33,885 nucleotides of DNA, from NCBI RefSeq assembly GCF_001194135.2, contig NC_068999.1, positions 26,675,185 through 26,709,069 of the forward strand, written 5' to 3'. This DNA is from Octopus bimaculoides. Taxonomy: Eukaryota. The notes beneath the pieces are model-generated. The model was not told where the DNA came from and made no database searches. It saw only the letters and a program-made list of their open reading frames with translations. This document shows, one piece after another, positions 1 through 10,387 of the stretch; the first letter of the stretch is position 1; each line of letters starts with the position of its first letter. Both the position numbers and the translations under genes were made by a program.

Positions 1-370
1 GAGGCGCAATGGCCCAGTGGTTAGGGCAGCGGACTCGTGGTCATAGGATCGCGGTTTCGATTCCCAGGCTGGGTGTTGTGAGTGTTTATTGAGCGAAAAC
101 ACTTAAAGCTCCACAAGGGTCTAGCAGGGGTGGGGGGTGGGGGTGGCGAACCCTGCTGTACTCTTTCACCACAACTTTCTCTCATTCTTCCTTTCTGCTG
201 TGCCTGTATCTCAAAGGACCAGCCTAGTCACACTCTGTGTCACGCTGAATCTCCCCGAGAACTACGTTAAAGGCACACGTGACTGTGGAGTGCTCAGCCA
301 GTTGCACGTTAATTTCATGAGCAGGCTATTCCGTTGATTGGATCAACTGAAACCCTCGTCGTCATAATTG
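1..370 (+). mobile_element. tRNA-derived SINE
   Basis: Pol III A-box TGGCCCAGTGG at ~10-20 and B-box-like GGTTTCGATTCC at ~53-64, followed by a ~300 bp non-tRNA body. No acceptor-stem closure. Confidence 0.8.
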
Positions 371-554
371 ATATAAATGTTGATCGGTTAGTTGATTTCT
401 TCAGTCAAGATCTATATCACATATAGAGAGGAAGAAAAAGTAAAAGAGAAGTTCATATAAGAGGTACTGGATGAGTGCACATACTAGGCTTTGTGGCAGA
501 AAGAGATGGAGAGATATAAAATGACAGAGCAGTTATACTAAGAAAGAAATTATC

Positions 555-2645
555 TTATTACCTCCGCCTTCGCTAAGGCGGAGGTATTGTTTTCAGTCGT
601 GTTTGTTTATTTGCCAAGATATCCCAAGAACCGGTTGATAGATTCAGAGGAAACTTTCAGGGATGTTTGGCCTCATGACAGGCACGAACTAATTAGATTC
701 TGAGATCGATCCGGTACCGGACAAAAATTCTGGATTATTTTTTCCTTTTTTTTTTTTTTTTTTTTTTTGAGAGCGGTCGGGTTCATTTTTAGTATTCTCG
801 TTTATGAGAGCAGTCGAGTTTATTTCAGATATTCTTATTTTAAAAAATCCTCTCTGGCTACTCGTTGAGAGGACGTTGCTATTGTCGTTAGTGTTGTTTT
901 TCAAATCATTTAATTCCGAGCTGTGTCAGTAATGTCTTCGCTCAGTGTGAGTTTTGTATTTTATTAATTAACTGGAATTGTTGAAATTGTTGTTAATTGG
1001 CTTTTATTTTTTCTTCCTCATTTATGGGTGAAATTATGAATAATACTGCCAGGGAAAGTAAACCAGCGAGGAGTTACGCTGCGGTGACTGGTAAAGGCCT
1101 GTCAGTAGAGGTACTGCAGGTCCAGGAAATCGAGTTATAGGAGAAGAATTAAAAAAAATATAATGGTTTGCTGGAGAAGGAAGGGGATAGCCTGAGATTG
1201 ACGCCCCCTGAAGAAATATTTGAAAAAACAGAAAAAAGGACAATTATTTATAGAACGTTGAATGTGACAACGAAAAAAGTCGAAGTAGCAGAGGAGGAAG
1301 CGGTAGAGGAATGTCTACGAGAGATAAAGGATATAACGACATATTACACCAGAGGAAAAAAATACGGCACAGTGGAGGTACGCTTTGTAAGCGAAGAAGA
1401 AGCGAGGAATTACTCCACTGTGCCTTTGAGATCAGCCGAGTAGGCACTGCTACCCACTTCCTGTGGCAAACGTGCGGCCAGAGTAAGAATAGATAGAGTA
1501 CCCCCAGAAATTGATGAGGCGTGGCTGGTGGCAGCCATCCTCTATAATACAGAGGAGGACTCTCAGGTGTTGAAGATATCGAGAACGTGAACTGTTGGGG
1601 GTATGGGCTGGAGGTGTCGGTCCATATCAGTCTGCCGGACCTCCACAAAATTGCGGAAGAGCTGGTGCTACCAGATGAGACAAGATTGAGAATCGTGGCG
1701 GAGGGGAAACCTCCGGTATGTTATTTATGTGGAGTAAGGGGACACATGAAGGCAAAATGTCCCCAGAAGCACGAACAGGAGGAGGCGGAGAAGGAGTGTC
1801 AGGAAGAAGAGGGCGCAACAGCGGAGTAGGAGGAAATGGTGGGAAAATATCCAGTAGTAGAAAGAAAGAGGAGTAACGTGGAATCGCCACCTAAAAGCCC
1901 GAAGAAGGAAAGAAAGGTAGAGGCGAACAAGAACGAGAAAAGAAGGGATGAGGAGTCAAGTGAAGAACGAACACAAAGACCGTTGCCTTCAACTAGTAAG
2001 GAGGAAGAAGGACGGAAGAAGAAGAGACCTGAAAGTGTGAAGGACGGACAAACAGAGACTGGTATACAGCAACAGAGGAAGAGAGTGGTGAGGTACAGCT
2101 GAGAGAGTCACCGAAAGGGAAATCTGAAATTAATTATAAGTTACAAAAAAAGTGTAGAGATAGAAAAGAAAATTTCAAAAGCGAAACATGTAATAAGGGT
2201 TAAAGTGGCAGACAATGAGCACAATCGAGATGAGAAAACGGTGCTGTTTGAGGAAAAAAGAGCAAGAAAGTTGCAGGAAATATTTGGCTACAGGATAATA
2301 ATGCCAGGAATTCGATTTCGTTATGACGAATTGCCATCAGTGGTAATAGTCGGTGTGACTTTGTTTGGATTTTTAAACAAAAGGAAAACTAACAAGATAC
2401 AAGACTGATTAGTGCACACTTTATTTAAAAACAGTAAAATTGAACTACCTGCTTTGCGGGGTAGGAAAGCCATTTCATTCTCATTTCCATTTATATGTTT
2501 TATATGTTTTTATGTACCCAATGTATTGTTTTGTCTGTCTTTTGTACTCTCCCTTCTCGTTTGAGGCCTTGTGCCTAATTAAAGAAAGATGGACGTTGGT
2601 GTTGCCTTGGCGGAGGTATGCACTCTCTGAATGCCATTGTTTAAT
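555..2645 (+). mobile_element. Non-autonomous Helentron (HINE/DINE-1-like) element with internal cargo
   Basis: 5' perfect 12-bp hairpin TACCTCCGCCTT-cgct-AAGGCGGAGGTA (559-586), then TGTTTGTT simple repeat and core. 3' subterminal inverted repeat GGCGGAGGTA (2609-2618) complementary to 559-568, followed by short hairpin GCACTC-tct-GAATGC (2620-2634) and a T-rich end. This layout matches described Helentron-associated elements. Confidence 0.72.
1024..2408 (+). pseudogene. LINE ORF1/Gag-like nucleic-acid-binding protein pseudogene (RRM-like region, CCHC zinc knuckle, charged linker, unknown C-terminal domain)
   Basis: Joined frames read MGEIMNNTARESKPARSYAAVT..., TVEVRFVSEEEA, ARVRIDRVPPEI and LRIVAEGKPPVCYLCGVRGHMKAKC (CX2CX4HX4C, ~1725-1770). 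Stops at about 1138, 1150, 1441, 1827 and 2100, and a frameshift near 1587. Purine-rich coding-like composition continues to 2408. Confidence 0.72.
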
Positions 2646-2738
2646 TTAATTTTAAGGTAATACATGCAAACGCATAATTCCAGTGTTACGGAACGAAAAA
2701 TCTCTCTAGTAAACATATGTGTATACACACATGTATGT

Positions 2739-2742
<4 letters not shown>

Positions 2743-2781
<39 letters not shown>
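2743..2781. repeat. (TA)n microsatellite
   Basis: Pure TA run. Confidence 0.95.
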
Positions 2782-2786
<5 letters not shown>

Positions 2787-2984
2787 TCAATTAAAGGTTC
2801 AACATCTTATTAAAGGATAATAAAATCCAATGAATATACTGGTTTATTACCTATTATAGATATTGAATATTATATTTAACATTCAACTGTAATTAGATAG
2901 ACCGGGTTTATATATATTTAAAAACAATAAGAAAATAGAAATAATTAAATTAATAATTATTTATTAATTACAAAAGTAGACATA

Positions 2985-3069
2985 ATCTCTGACAGCTGTT
3001 TCGATTCAAAAGTTTAGAAATTAATTAGTATAATTAAAACATTATAAAGTTGAATCTCGCCGGAGGTAG
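2985..3069 (-). ncRNA. Degenerate minimal hammerhead-like motif (probable PLE terminal remnant)
   Basis: Minus strand reads CCGGCGA-GATTC-[~45 nt loop]-GAATC-GAAAC-AGCT-GTC. Stem II and GAAAC-palindrome-GUC are present, but CUGAUGA carries 3 transitions and stem I is weak. Confidence 0.3.
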
Positions 3070-3304
3070 AAAAAGATGTACATTACAATTTCATATTTTT
3101 GTGTGTTAAGTGTAAGGAGCGTATCTTTATATGCAACTTAATCGAAGTGTACAGTCCCATATATCCATTACGGCCTATCTTACGAAATGGCTTCTCATTA
3201 GGGGTTCAACAGAGTGTTAGGTAACAGCCCGACTATATATCCCTGCGCTCTTCAGAGATGGAAGTTATAAAATGACATATGGTGACTGCTCTCTAAAGAG
3301 TTAT

Positions 3305-3306
<2 letters not shown>

Positions 3307-3337
<31 letters not shown>
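3307..3337. repeat. (CA)n microsatellite
   Basis: Pure CA run. Confidence 0.95.
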
Positions 3338-3341
<4 letters not shown>

Positions 3342-4027
3342 AATATACAAAAGGTAGAAAGTATGGTGGGTGATTCCACGTGGTTGAATATATAGAAATA
3401 AGATAAAAAGAAATATTATGAAAACACACACATTTGTTTTAAAAGACTAAAGAATATATTAGAATCATAATAGTAAAGGTATCATACAATATNNNNNNNN
3501 NNNNNNNNNNNNNNNNNNNNNNNNNNNNNNNNNNNNNNNNNNNNNNNNNNNNNNNNNNNNNNNNNNNNNNNNNNNNNNNNNNNNNNNNNNNNNNNNNNNN
3601 NNNNNNNNNNNNNNNNNNNNNNNNNNNNNNNNNNNNNNNNNNNNNNNNNNNNNNNNNNNNNNNNNNNNNNNNNNNNNNNNNNNNNNNNNNNNNNNNNNNN
3701 NNNNNNNNNNNNNNNNNNNNNNNNNNNNNNNNNNNNNNNNNNNNNNNNNNNNNNNNNNNNNNNNNNNNNNNNNNNNNNNNNNNNNNCAATTACAATAATA
3801 GAGGATAAAACTTTTTTTAAAAGAATTTATCAGTGGCCAGCATATAAAATGAAACCAGTTAAGGTGAAAATGATATGCATAATTATAATAAGGGCTTAGA
3901 AAAATTATTCTTGCTTATATGCTGAGAAATAGACGCTAAATCGTCTCACCACTCAAAGAAGTCACAAACCCAGAAATTAGGCTAATACAGAACTATCTAT
4001 CTTATTAAAAATTTCTCTTAGCTTGTT

Positions 4028-4717
4028 GCGATCACCGTGCACAGCTTATGGCGACCACCGTGCAATGACTAAGGAAAATAGTCTAATAAGCCCTCGACAG
4101 AAAAAAGAAGACTTTTCTATCTGCGTGGGAGTCGAACCCACATCTCTTTGTTAACGTGATTAAGTGTGTTACCTTTACACCAGCGTCAAATTTAAGAACT
4201 ATAGTAGTTCGTGTTTGTTTTTATGTAAACAAACTTTCTATATGCTTTCGGTGTAAATGGTTTTTTTAATACTGCGCCGAGTTTACAATCCTGTAAATAA
4301 TAATAGAATTTTTATATAAGCTTAAAGCTTATGGCGATCACTGTGCAATGACTAAGGGAAATAGTCTAATAAAGGGGTATATAAACCCTCGACAGAAAAA
4401 GAGAAGGCCTTTCTATCCGCGTGGGAGTCAAACCAACATACCTTTATTAAACCATTCCCACCGAAAGCGTATAGAAAGTTTGTTTGCATAAAAACAAACA
4501 CGAACTATTATAGTCCTTAAATTTGACAGAAATGGGAAGCGTGATTCGCTGGTGTAAAGGTAACTCTTAGTCTTGTTAACAAAGGGATGTGGGTTCGACT
4601 CCCACACGGATAAGAAAGCCTTCTTTTTTCTGTCGAGGGCTTATATGTCCCTTTATTAGACTATTTTCCTTAGTCATTGCACGGTGATCGCCATAAGCTT
4701 TAAGCTTATATAAAAAT
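4028..4717. repeat. Three copies of a ~250 bp tRNA-like unit (two direct, one inverted) forming a fold-back
   Basis: Copy A ~4043-4262, partial copy B ~4308-4452, inverted copy C ~4452-4717. Copy C has TGGTGTAAAGGTAA and a perfect T-arm TGTGGG-TTCGACT-CCCACA (4588-4606). Confidence 0.8.
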
Positions 4718-4934
4718 ACCATTATATATATGTATATATATATCCGGACTGTTGCTATAGTAATGAAGCTAAAGCAAGGATTGTGAAGCCGCTTGACGAA
4801 GATTGACCTTCAACTCTGCTGTGTATGTGCACTAAGTTTTAACGTTCTAGCGCACTTCTGCTGTTTACACACACACACATATATATATATATAGGAGAGT
4901 ATTGTAGTTCGCTTGAAGCATTGTGTATTGTTTG

Positions 4935-5235
4935 TAAAGAATAAAGTTTAGAATGGTACAACAATGCACTATAAAGCAAAAAATGGACTATATATCTGTT
5001 GTAACTTGGTTATCTATAGTCCGATGATATTTTGGAATTACAATTCCTTCTTCAGATCTTCTTAGCTGGAGTCTAGACTCCAGCTAAGAAGATCTGGACT
5101 CCAGCTAAGAAGATCTGAAGAAGGAATTGTAATTCCGAAATATCATCGGACTATAGATAACCAAATTACAACAGGTATATAGTCCATTTTTTGTTTTATA
5201 GTGCATTGTTGTACCATTCTAAACTTTATTCTTTA
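4935..5235. repeat. ~300 bp near-perfect palindrome with hammerhead-like core in the arms
   Basis: Arms are reverse complements with about 4 mismatches. Perfect 44-bp central palindrome at 5053-5096 plus a 21-bp tandem duplication (5076-5096 and 5097-5117). CTGAAGA-A-GGAAT-tgta-ATTCC-GAAA-TATC at 5115-5144. Confidence 0.88.
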
Positions 5236-5284
5236 TATATATGTGTGTTTGTGTGTGTGTGTGTGTGTGTGCTTGTGTGTTTAT

Positions 5285-5482
5285 GTGTCTGTTTTGTCCC
5301 CCCAACATCGCTTGATAACCGATGGTGGTGTGTTTACGTCCTCGTATTTTAGCGGTTCGGCAAAGTACTAGGCTTACAAAGAATAAGTCCTGGGGTTGAT
5401 TTGTTCGACTAAAGGCGGTGGTCCAGCATGACCGCAGTAAAATGACTGAAACAAGTTAAAGAGTAAAAGAGTAAAGAGTATA
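5285..5482 (+). mobile_element. 3' module of an abundant SINE family (same family as 24010-24432)
   Basis: Closely matches the reverse complement of 24010-24210 and ends in an (AAAGAGT)n tail. The tRNA head is absent here. Confidence 0.75.
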
Positions 5483-5678
5483 TATATATATATATATATA
5501 TATGCATGCATACATACACATTTCGTAGACTACGGTTTCAGAAAAAATATTTTTAGCATAAAATACACACAATATAAATGTTAACATACTAATTCATATA
5601 ATACCAACTAGAAAACATTTAAAAACGAACCAAGTAAACCACACTCTCGAAAACGTATTTCTGTAAAATGTTGGGTAT

Positions 5679-6020
5679 GGGGTGGGGGCTGAAATTTTCG
5701 AGGGTTCCACCCCACCCCAACCCCCGTTTTTCGGAAGAAAAATGTGTTTTGTGACATTGTAAGAGGTCACCGTAATTCTTTCAACGGAAAAAAACAAGCA
5801 TTTTTCAATGATTTCGGGAAGGGGAGGGGTGAAATTTCCGAGGATTCCACCCCACCGCACCCCACTCCATTTTTCTGGACAAAAAAGATGTTTTGTGGCA
5901 TATTAGGAGGTCACCGTAATTCATTCAGCGTAAAAAAATTACAATGATTCCGGGATAGGGATAAGGGTCCGGTTTCACACACCCTTTTTTTCTGAAGGGG
6001 TTTACGGCACATTAGGAGAT
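5679..6020. repeat. ~140 bp period minisatellite (~2.4 copies) with G/C tracts
   Basis: GAAATTT(T/C)CGAGG(G/A)TTCCACCCCACC recurs at 5691 and 5831. GAGGTCACCGTAATTC recurs at ~5763 and ~5908. Confidence 0.75.
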
Positions 6021-6109
6021 CAGGGTACTTGATACCACGCAAAAAATCCGAGGTTTTTTTTGTTAGTAAAACGCGTGCGAGTGTACTTCCTAAAATTTAC
6101 CGTTTTTTA

Positions 6110-6748
6110 AAATCTAAAATACACTCACCTTCATTTTCTACAATGCTCTTCCATCTATCTGGTAGACTTGCAAAGCTCCTCTTCCAAAATTCGTGTCTGT
6201 GACGAAAAATACTTTTCCAGTAGTGTTCTGACCTCGTCTAAAAAATTCATATTTTTTCCATCCAAATGACTTTGAAGACTGCGGAATAAATGATAATCAG
6301 ATGGGACCATGTCCGGCGAATATGGTGGGTGGGGCATCGTTTCCCATTCAAACTGCTCCAGCCTTTGGAATGTCAACCTCACTGTATGTGGCCGAGCATT
6401 ATCCTGATGGAAGAATACATTTCGTCTTGAAATCAATGATGGTCGTTTATCTTCTAGCGCTGACTTGAATGACTAGTTGAATGACCAAATCCAAGCTTCT
6501 CTGCTAGTTCCTCAACAGTTACGGTGAGATTTTGTTCCACCAGGTTTTGCAGGACATCCTCGACGAGGTTCGTCTTCTAGGCTGTAGTTTTAGGCTCGTA
6601 ATTTCTGGAACCACCGTTGACACTGGCTTATTCTTATTGTCCGATCCACATATACTCCATTAATATTCCTCGCACTTTCCGTTGCATTGTTGCTTTTATT
6701 GAACTTAGGAGGCAGAATATGCCAAATATGCTCCCTTGTTACTTCCAT
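6110..6748 (-). mobile_element. Internally deleted mariner (DD34D) transposase remnant
   Basis: N-terminus MEVTREHIWHILPPKFNKSNNATESARNINGVY...QCQRWFQK from 6748. C-terminal motifs FHQDNARPH and PHPPYSPDMVPSDYHLF in the ORF at 6155-6436. The middle, including the first catalytic D region, is missing. Confidence 0.9.
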
Positions 6749-7641
6749 TATAGCTTTGAAAAATAACTGTTAAAATAGAACTGCACTCTTCATAAGTTGC
6801 ATTAAAAATAAGGACAAGGTAAAATTACTACTTGCTTTTATAGCAAGTTGATGTAGGTAGTTTATCCCATCCCCCTCCGACTTTTAGCTCATTCAAAAAA
6901 CCGCATTATTCATGGGATGACGCAATATATATATATATATATANNNNNNNNNNNNNNNNNNNNNNNNNNNNNNNNNNNNNNNNNNNNNNNNNNNNNNNNN
7001 NNNNNNNNNNNNNNNNNNNNNNNNNNNNNNNNNNNNNNNNNNNNNNNNNNNNNNNNNNNNNNNNNNNNNNNNNNNNNNNNNNNNNNNNNNNNNNNNNNNN
7101 NNNNNNNNNNNNNNNNNNNNNNNNNNNNNNNNNNNNNNNNNNNNNNNNNNNNNNNNNNNNNNNNNNNNNNNNNNNNNNNNNNNNNNNNNNNNNNNNNNNN
7201 NNNNNNNNNNNNNNNNNNNNNNNNNNNNNNNNNNNNNNNNNNNNNNNNNNNNNNNNNNNNNNNNNNNNNNNNNNNNNNNNNNNNNNNNNNNNNNNNNNNN
7301 NNNNNNNNNNNNNNNNNNNNNNNNNNNNNNNNNNNNNNNNNNNNNNNNNNNNNNNNNNNNNNNNNNNNNNNNNNNNNNNNNNNNNNNNNNNNNNNNNNNN
7401 NNNNNNNNNNNNNNNNNNNNNNNNNNNNNNNNNNNNNNNNNNNNNNNNNNNNNNNNNNNNNNNNNNNNNNNNNNNNNNNNNNNNNNNNNNNNNNNNNNNN
7501 NNNNNNNNNNNNNNNNNNNNNNNNNNNNNNNNNNNNNNNNNNNNNNNNNNNNNNNNNNNNNNNNNNNNNNNNNNNNNNNNNNNNNNNNNNNNNNNNNNNN
7601 NNNNNNNNNNNNNNNNNNNNNNNNNNNNNNNNNNNNNNNNN

Positions 7642-7797
7642 CACATAGACTCTTGCGCCAGATACAAAAACCCTAAATTCATTATATTCCCTTTCTATCA
7701 ATGTAAAGACAGAATCTCCACACAAGAAAGAATCAATAAGGAGAATCTTTTCATAGAGAAATTCCAACCATTTCTTAACACACACACCCCTCAGTGA
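7642..7797 (+). mobile_element. Penelope-like element, C-terminal end of GIY-YIG endonuclease domain
   Basis: Manual translation HIDSCARYKNPKFIIFPFYQCKDRISTQERINKENLFIEKFQPFLNTHTPQ* fits the PLE ending R..KE..FI.KF.P.LN. The upstream part lies in an N-gap. Confidence 0.65.
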
Positions 7798-8179
7798 CCT
7801 TATTTCTCTATGAACAGACACAAACTTCCTGTTGAAAAAAAAAAAAAAAGAGTTCATAACTCCAACTTAAAACACTTGTTTCCCCTTACACACACTTCCT
7901 GTTTTGACACCACATTTCCTGCTTAACACAAACTTTTAACCCTTTTTTAAAAACCTAACAAAACTCTCAACTCTCATGCATCCTTATTTTTCCTACCAGT
8001 TTGTACATGAACTACTGTTGAACTACAGGAGCTCAGGGACGATGTGGTGTATGGGTATATTTATTTTTTTATATATTATTGTTTTATATATTTTTTTATA
8101 TATTATTGTTTTATATATTATTTTCTTCATTTTGTGCTTCTTTGTAAAGGGGCATTTTCATTCTCCTTCTTGATAATTT

Positions 8180-8310
8180 GCTTCTTCGCAATGAAAACCG
8201 GGTAGAAAAAATCTTTGTTAAAATATGCTTCCAGTTCAGCATTCTAGCTTCTTTTCATTTTCCTATTATTTCTCCACGTGCGGTTAACACAACCCCACTA
8301 TTTACTGACT
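8180..8310 (-). mobile_element. Possible LINE ORF2 linker fragment
   Basis: Minus strand SVNSGVVLTARGEIIGK*KE resembles the G.LT....I..RW.EYF linker found between endonuclease and RT. Short and next to a gap. Confidence 0.3.
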
Positions 8311-8964
8311 NNNNNNNNNNNNNNNNNNNNNNNNNNNNNNNNNNNNNNNNNNNNNNNNNNNNNNNNNNNNNNNNNNNNNNNNNNNNNNNNNNNNNNNNNN
8401 NNNNNNNNNNNNNNNNNNNNNNNNNNNNNNNNNNNNNNNNNNNNNNNNNNNNNNNNNNNNNNNNNNNNNNNNNNNNNNNNNNNNNNNNNNNNNNNNNNNN
8501 NNNNNNNNNNNNNNNNNNNNNNNNNNNNNNNNNNNNNNNNNNNNNNNNNNNNNNNNNNNNNNNNNNNNNNNNNNNNNNNNNNNNNNNNNNNNNNNNNNNN
8601 NNNNNNNNNNNNNNNNNNNNNNNNNNNNNNNNNNNNNNNNNNNNNNNNNNNNNNNNNNNNNNNNNNNNNNNNNNNNNNNNNNNNNNNNNNNNNNNNNNNN
8701 NNNNNNNNNNNNNNNNNNNNNNNNNNNNNNNNNNNNNNNNNNNNNNNNNNNNNNNNNNNNNNNNNNNNNNNNNNNNNNNNNNNNNNNNNNNNNNNNNNNN
8801 NNNNNNNNNNNNNNNNNNNNNNNNNNNNNNNNNNNNNNNNNNNNNNNNNNNNNNNNNNNNNNNNNNNNNNNNNNNNNNNNNNNNNNNNNNNNNNNNNNNN
8901 NNNNNNNNNNNNNNNNNNNNNNNNNNNNNNNNNNNNNNNNNNNNNNNNNNNNNNNNNNNNNNNN

Positions 8965-9001
<37 letters not shown>

Positions 9002-9239
9002 GAAGAAGATATATTTAAGAGTTTACAAAAAATTGGATAAGAACCGACCTGTCTTTTTAACATGTTTTCTCTCTTGTGTGTAGCTAGGAAATGTTTGCTA
9101 CTTTAAGGGACAGTGTGGGAGGCTGGTTGGCGTGGGGGGGGGAAGGAAGATCAGTGTAGAATTAAAAGGATTTTCTTTGTTTCTGGGCTAGTCTGTCATG
9201 GTTCAGTGGTTTTTGTGACTGGTCTTAGAGATCAGAATG

Positions 9240-10385
9240 GTGTGAGTGTGTGTGTCTCTGTGCACGTCTCTATGTGTGTGTGTGTATATACATGTGTTTG
9301 TGTGTGTGGGCCGTTTTGATTTGTCCCAGAGTTTATTGTGGCGTGTGTATATGGGTCTGTGTATGTTTTATATCTGGTAGGATGGTGTGCGTATATGTGT
9401 GCACGTTTGTGTGTGTGTATGTGTATGATTAATATTTGTTAGGGTGTTGTGTGTGCGCATGTGTGTGTATGTGTTTGTTCATGTGTGTGTATGTGTACGT
9501 GTGCGTGTGAGCAACCGTATGTATGTGTGAGGGTGCATATGTATGTGGGCGTCTGTGTGCGCGCGTGTGCTTGTATGATTTTTGTGTTGGTGGGATGTTA
9601 AGTGTGAGTACGTGAGTGTGTGTGTGTGTCTCTGTTTGAGTATGTTTTTGCTGTTTTAATTGTCCTTGTGGCGTGTGTGTGTGTGTGAGAGCAACCGTAT
9701 GTGTGTGTGAGGGCGCATATGTATGTGTGCGTCTGTGTGTGTGTGTGTGCATGTGTATGTCTGTGTGTTTTGTGTTGGTGAGGATGTTATGTGTGTGTAC
9801 GTGAGTGTGTGTGTGTGTGTCTCTGTCTGAGTATGCTTGTGTTGTTTGAATTGTCTTTGTGGCGTGTCTGTGTATGTGTGAGCAACTGTATGTATGTGTG
9901 TGTGGGTATGTGTGAGTGTGTATGTGTGTATTTTATTTATCAGGGGTTCTGTGTGTGTCCGTGTGTGTTGGGTTTATTCGGGTGGTGTGTATGTGTGTGC
10001 ATGTGCGTTTTGTGTATGTTGGTATTGAGTATGCGTTTGCGCGCGCGCGCGCGCGTGTATATATGTAGGTATGGTTTATGTAGTTTNNNNNNNNNNNNNN
10101 GGGGGGGGGGGGTGCACATGTGTGTGTGTGAGCGCTGTATTTGTGAGTGATTAGTTTTGTTTGTATTGTTAGTGCAGTGTGTGTGTGTATACGTGAGTGC
10201 GTCTATGTGACTTGTATTTGCCGGGGAGGTGTGTCATTGTGTGTGTGCATGCTTGTGTGTATGTGTGTTTGTGAGTGTTTGTTGTGATTGTTGGGTTTGT
10301 ATTGTGTGTATATGTGTGTGTGTGTGTGTGATTTTTTACTGGGGAACGGACGTATTATGTTTATGTGTGTGTGTGTGTACATATG
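9240..10385. repeat. Complex TG-rich microsatellite array with ~185 bp higher-order repeat
   Basis: GAGCAACCGTATGT recurs at ~9509 and ~9688, with a variant at ~9879, each with matching downstream unique motifs. Confidence 0.85.
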
Positions 10386-10387
10386 TG

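Noticed and set aside
1-75. Functional tRNA gene
   Set aside because: It continues into a SINE body and has no acceptor stem or Pol III terminator.
3240-3270. Minus-strand CTGAAGA as another hammerhead core
   Set aside because: No adjacent stem II or GAAA.
4547-4607. Functional tRNA-Asn gene
   Set aside because: Only the T-arm is well formed. Acceptor and anticodon stems do not close, and the unit is a diverged repeat.
4028-6020. CRISPR-like repeat-spacer array
   Set aside because: Repeats are long, tandem or inverted, with no unique equal-length spacers and no cas genes. The context is eukaryotic.
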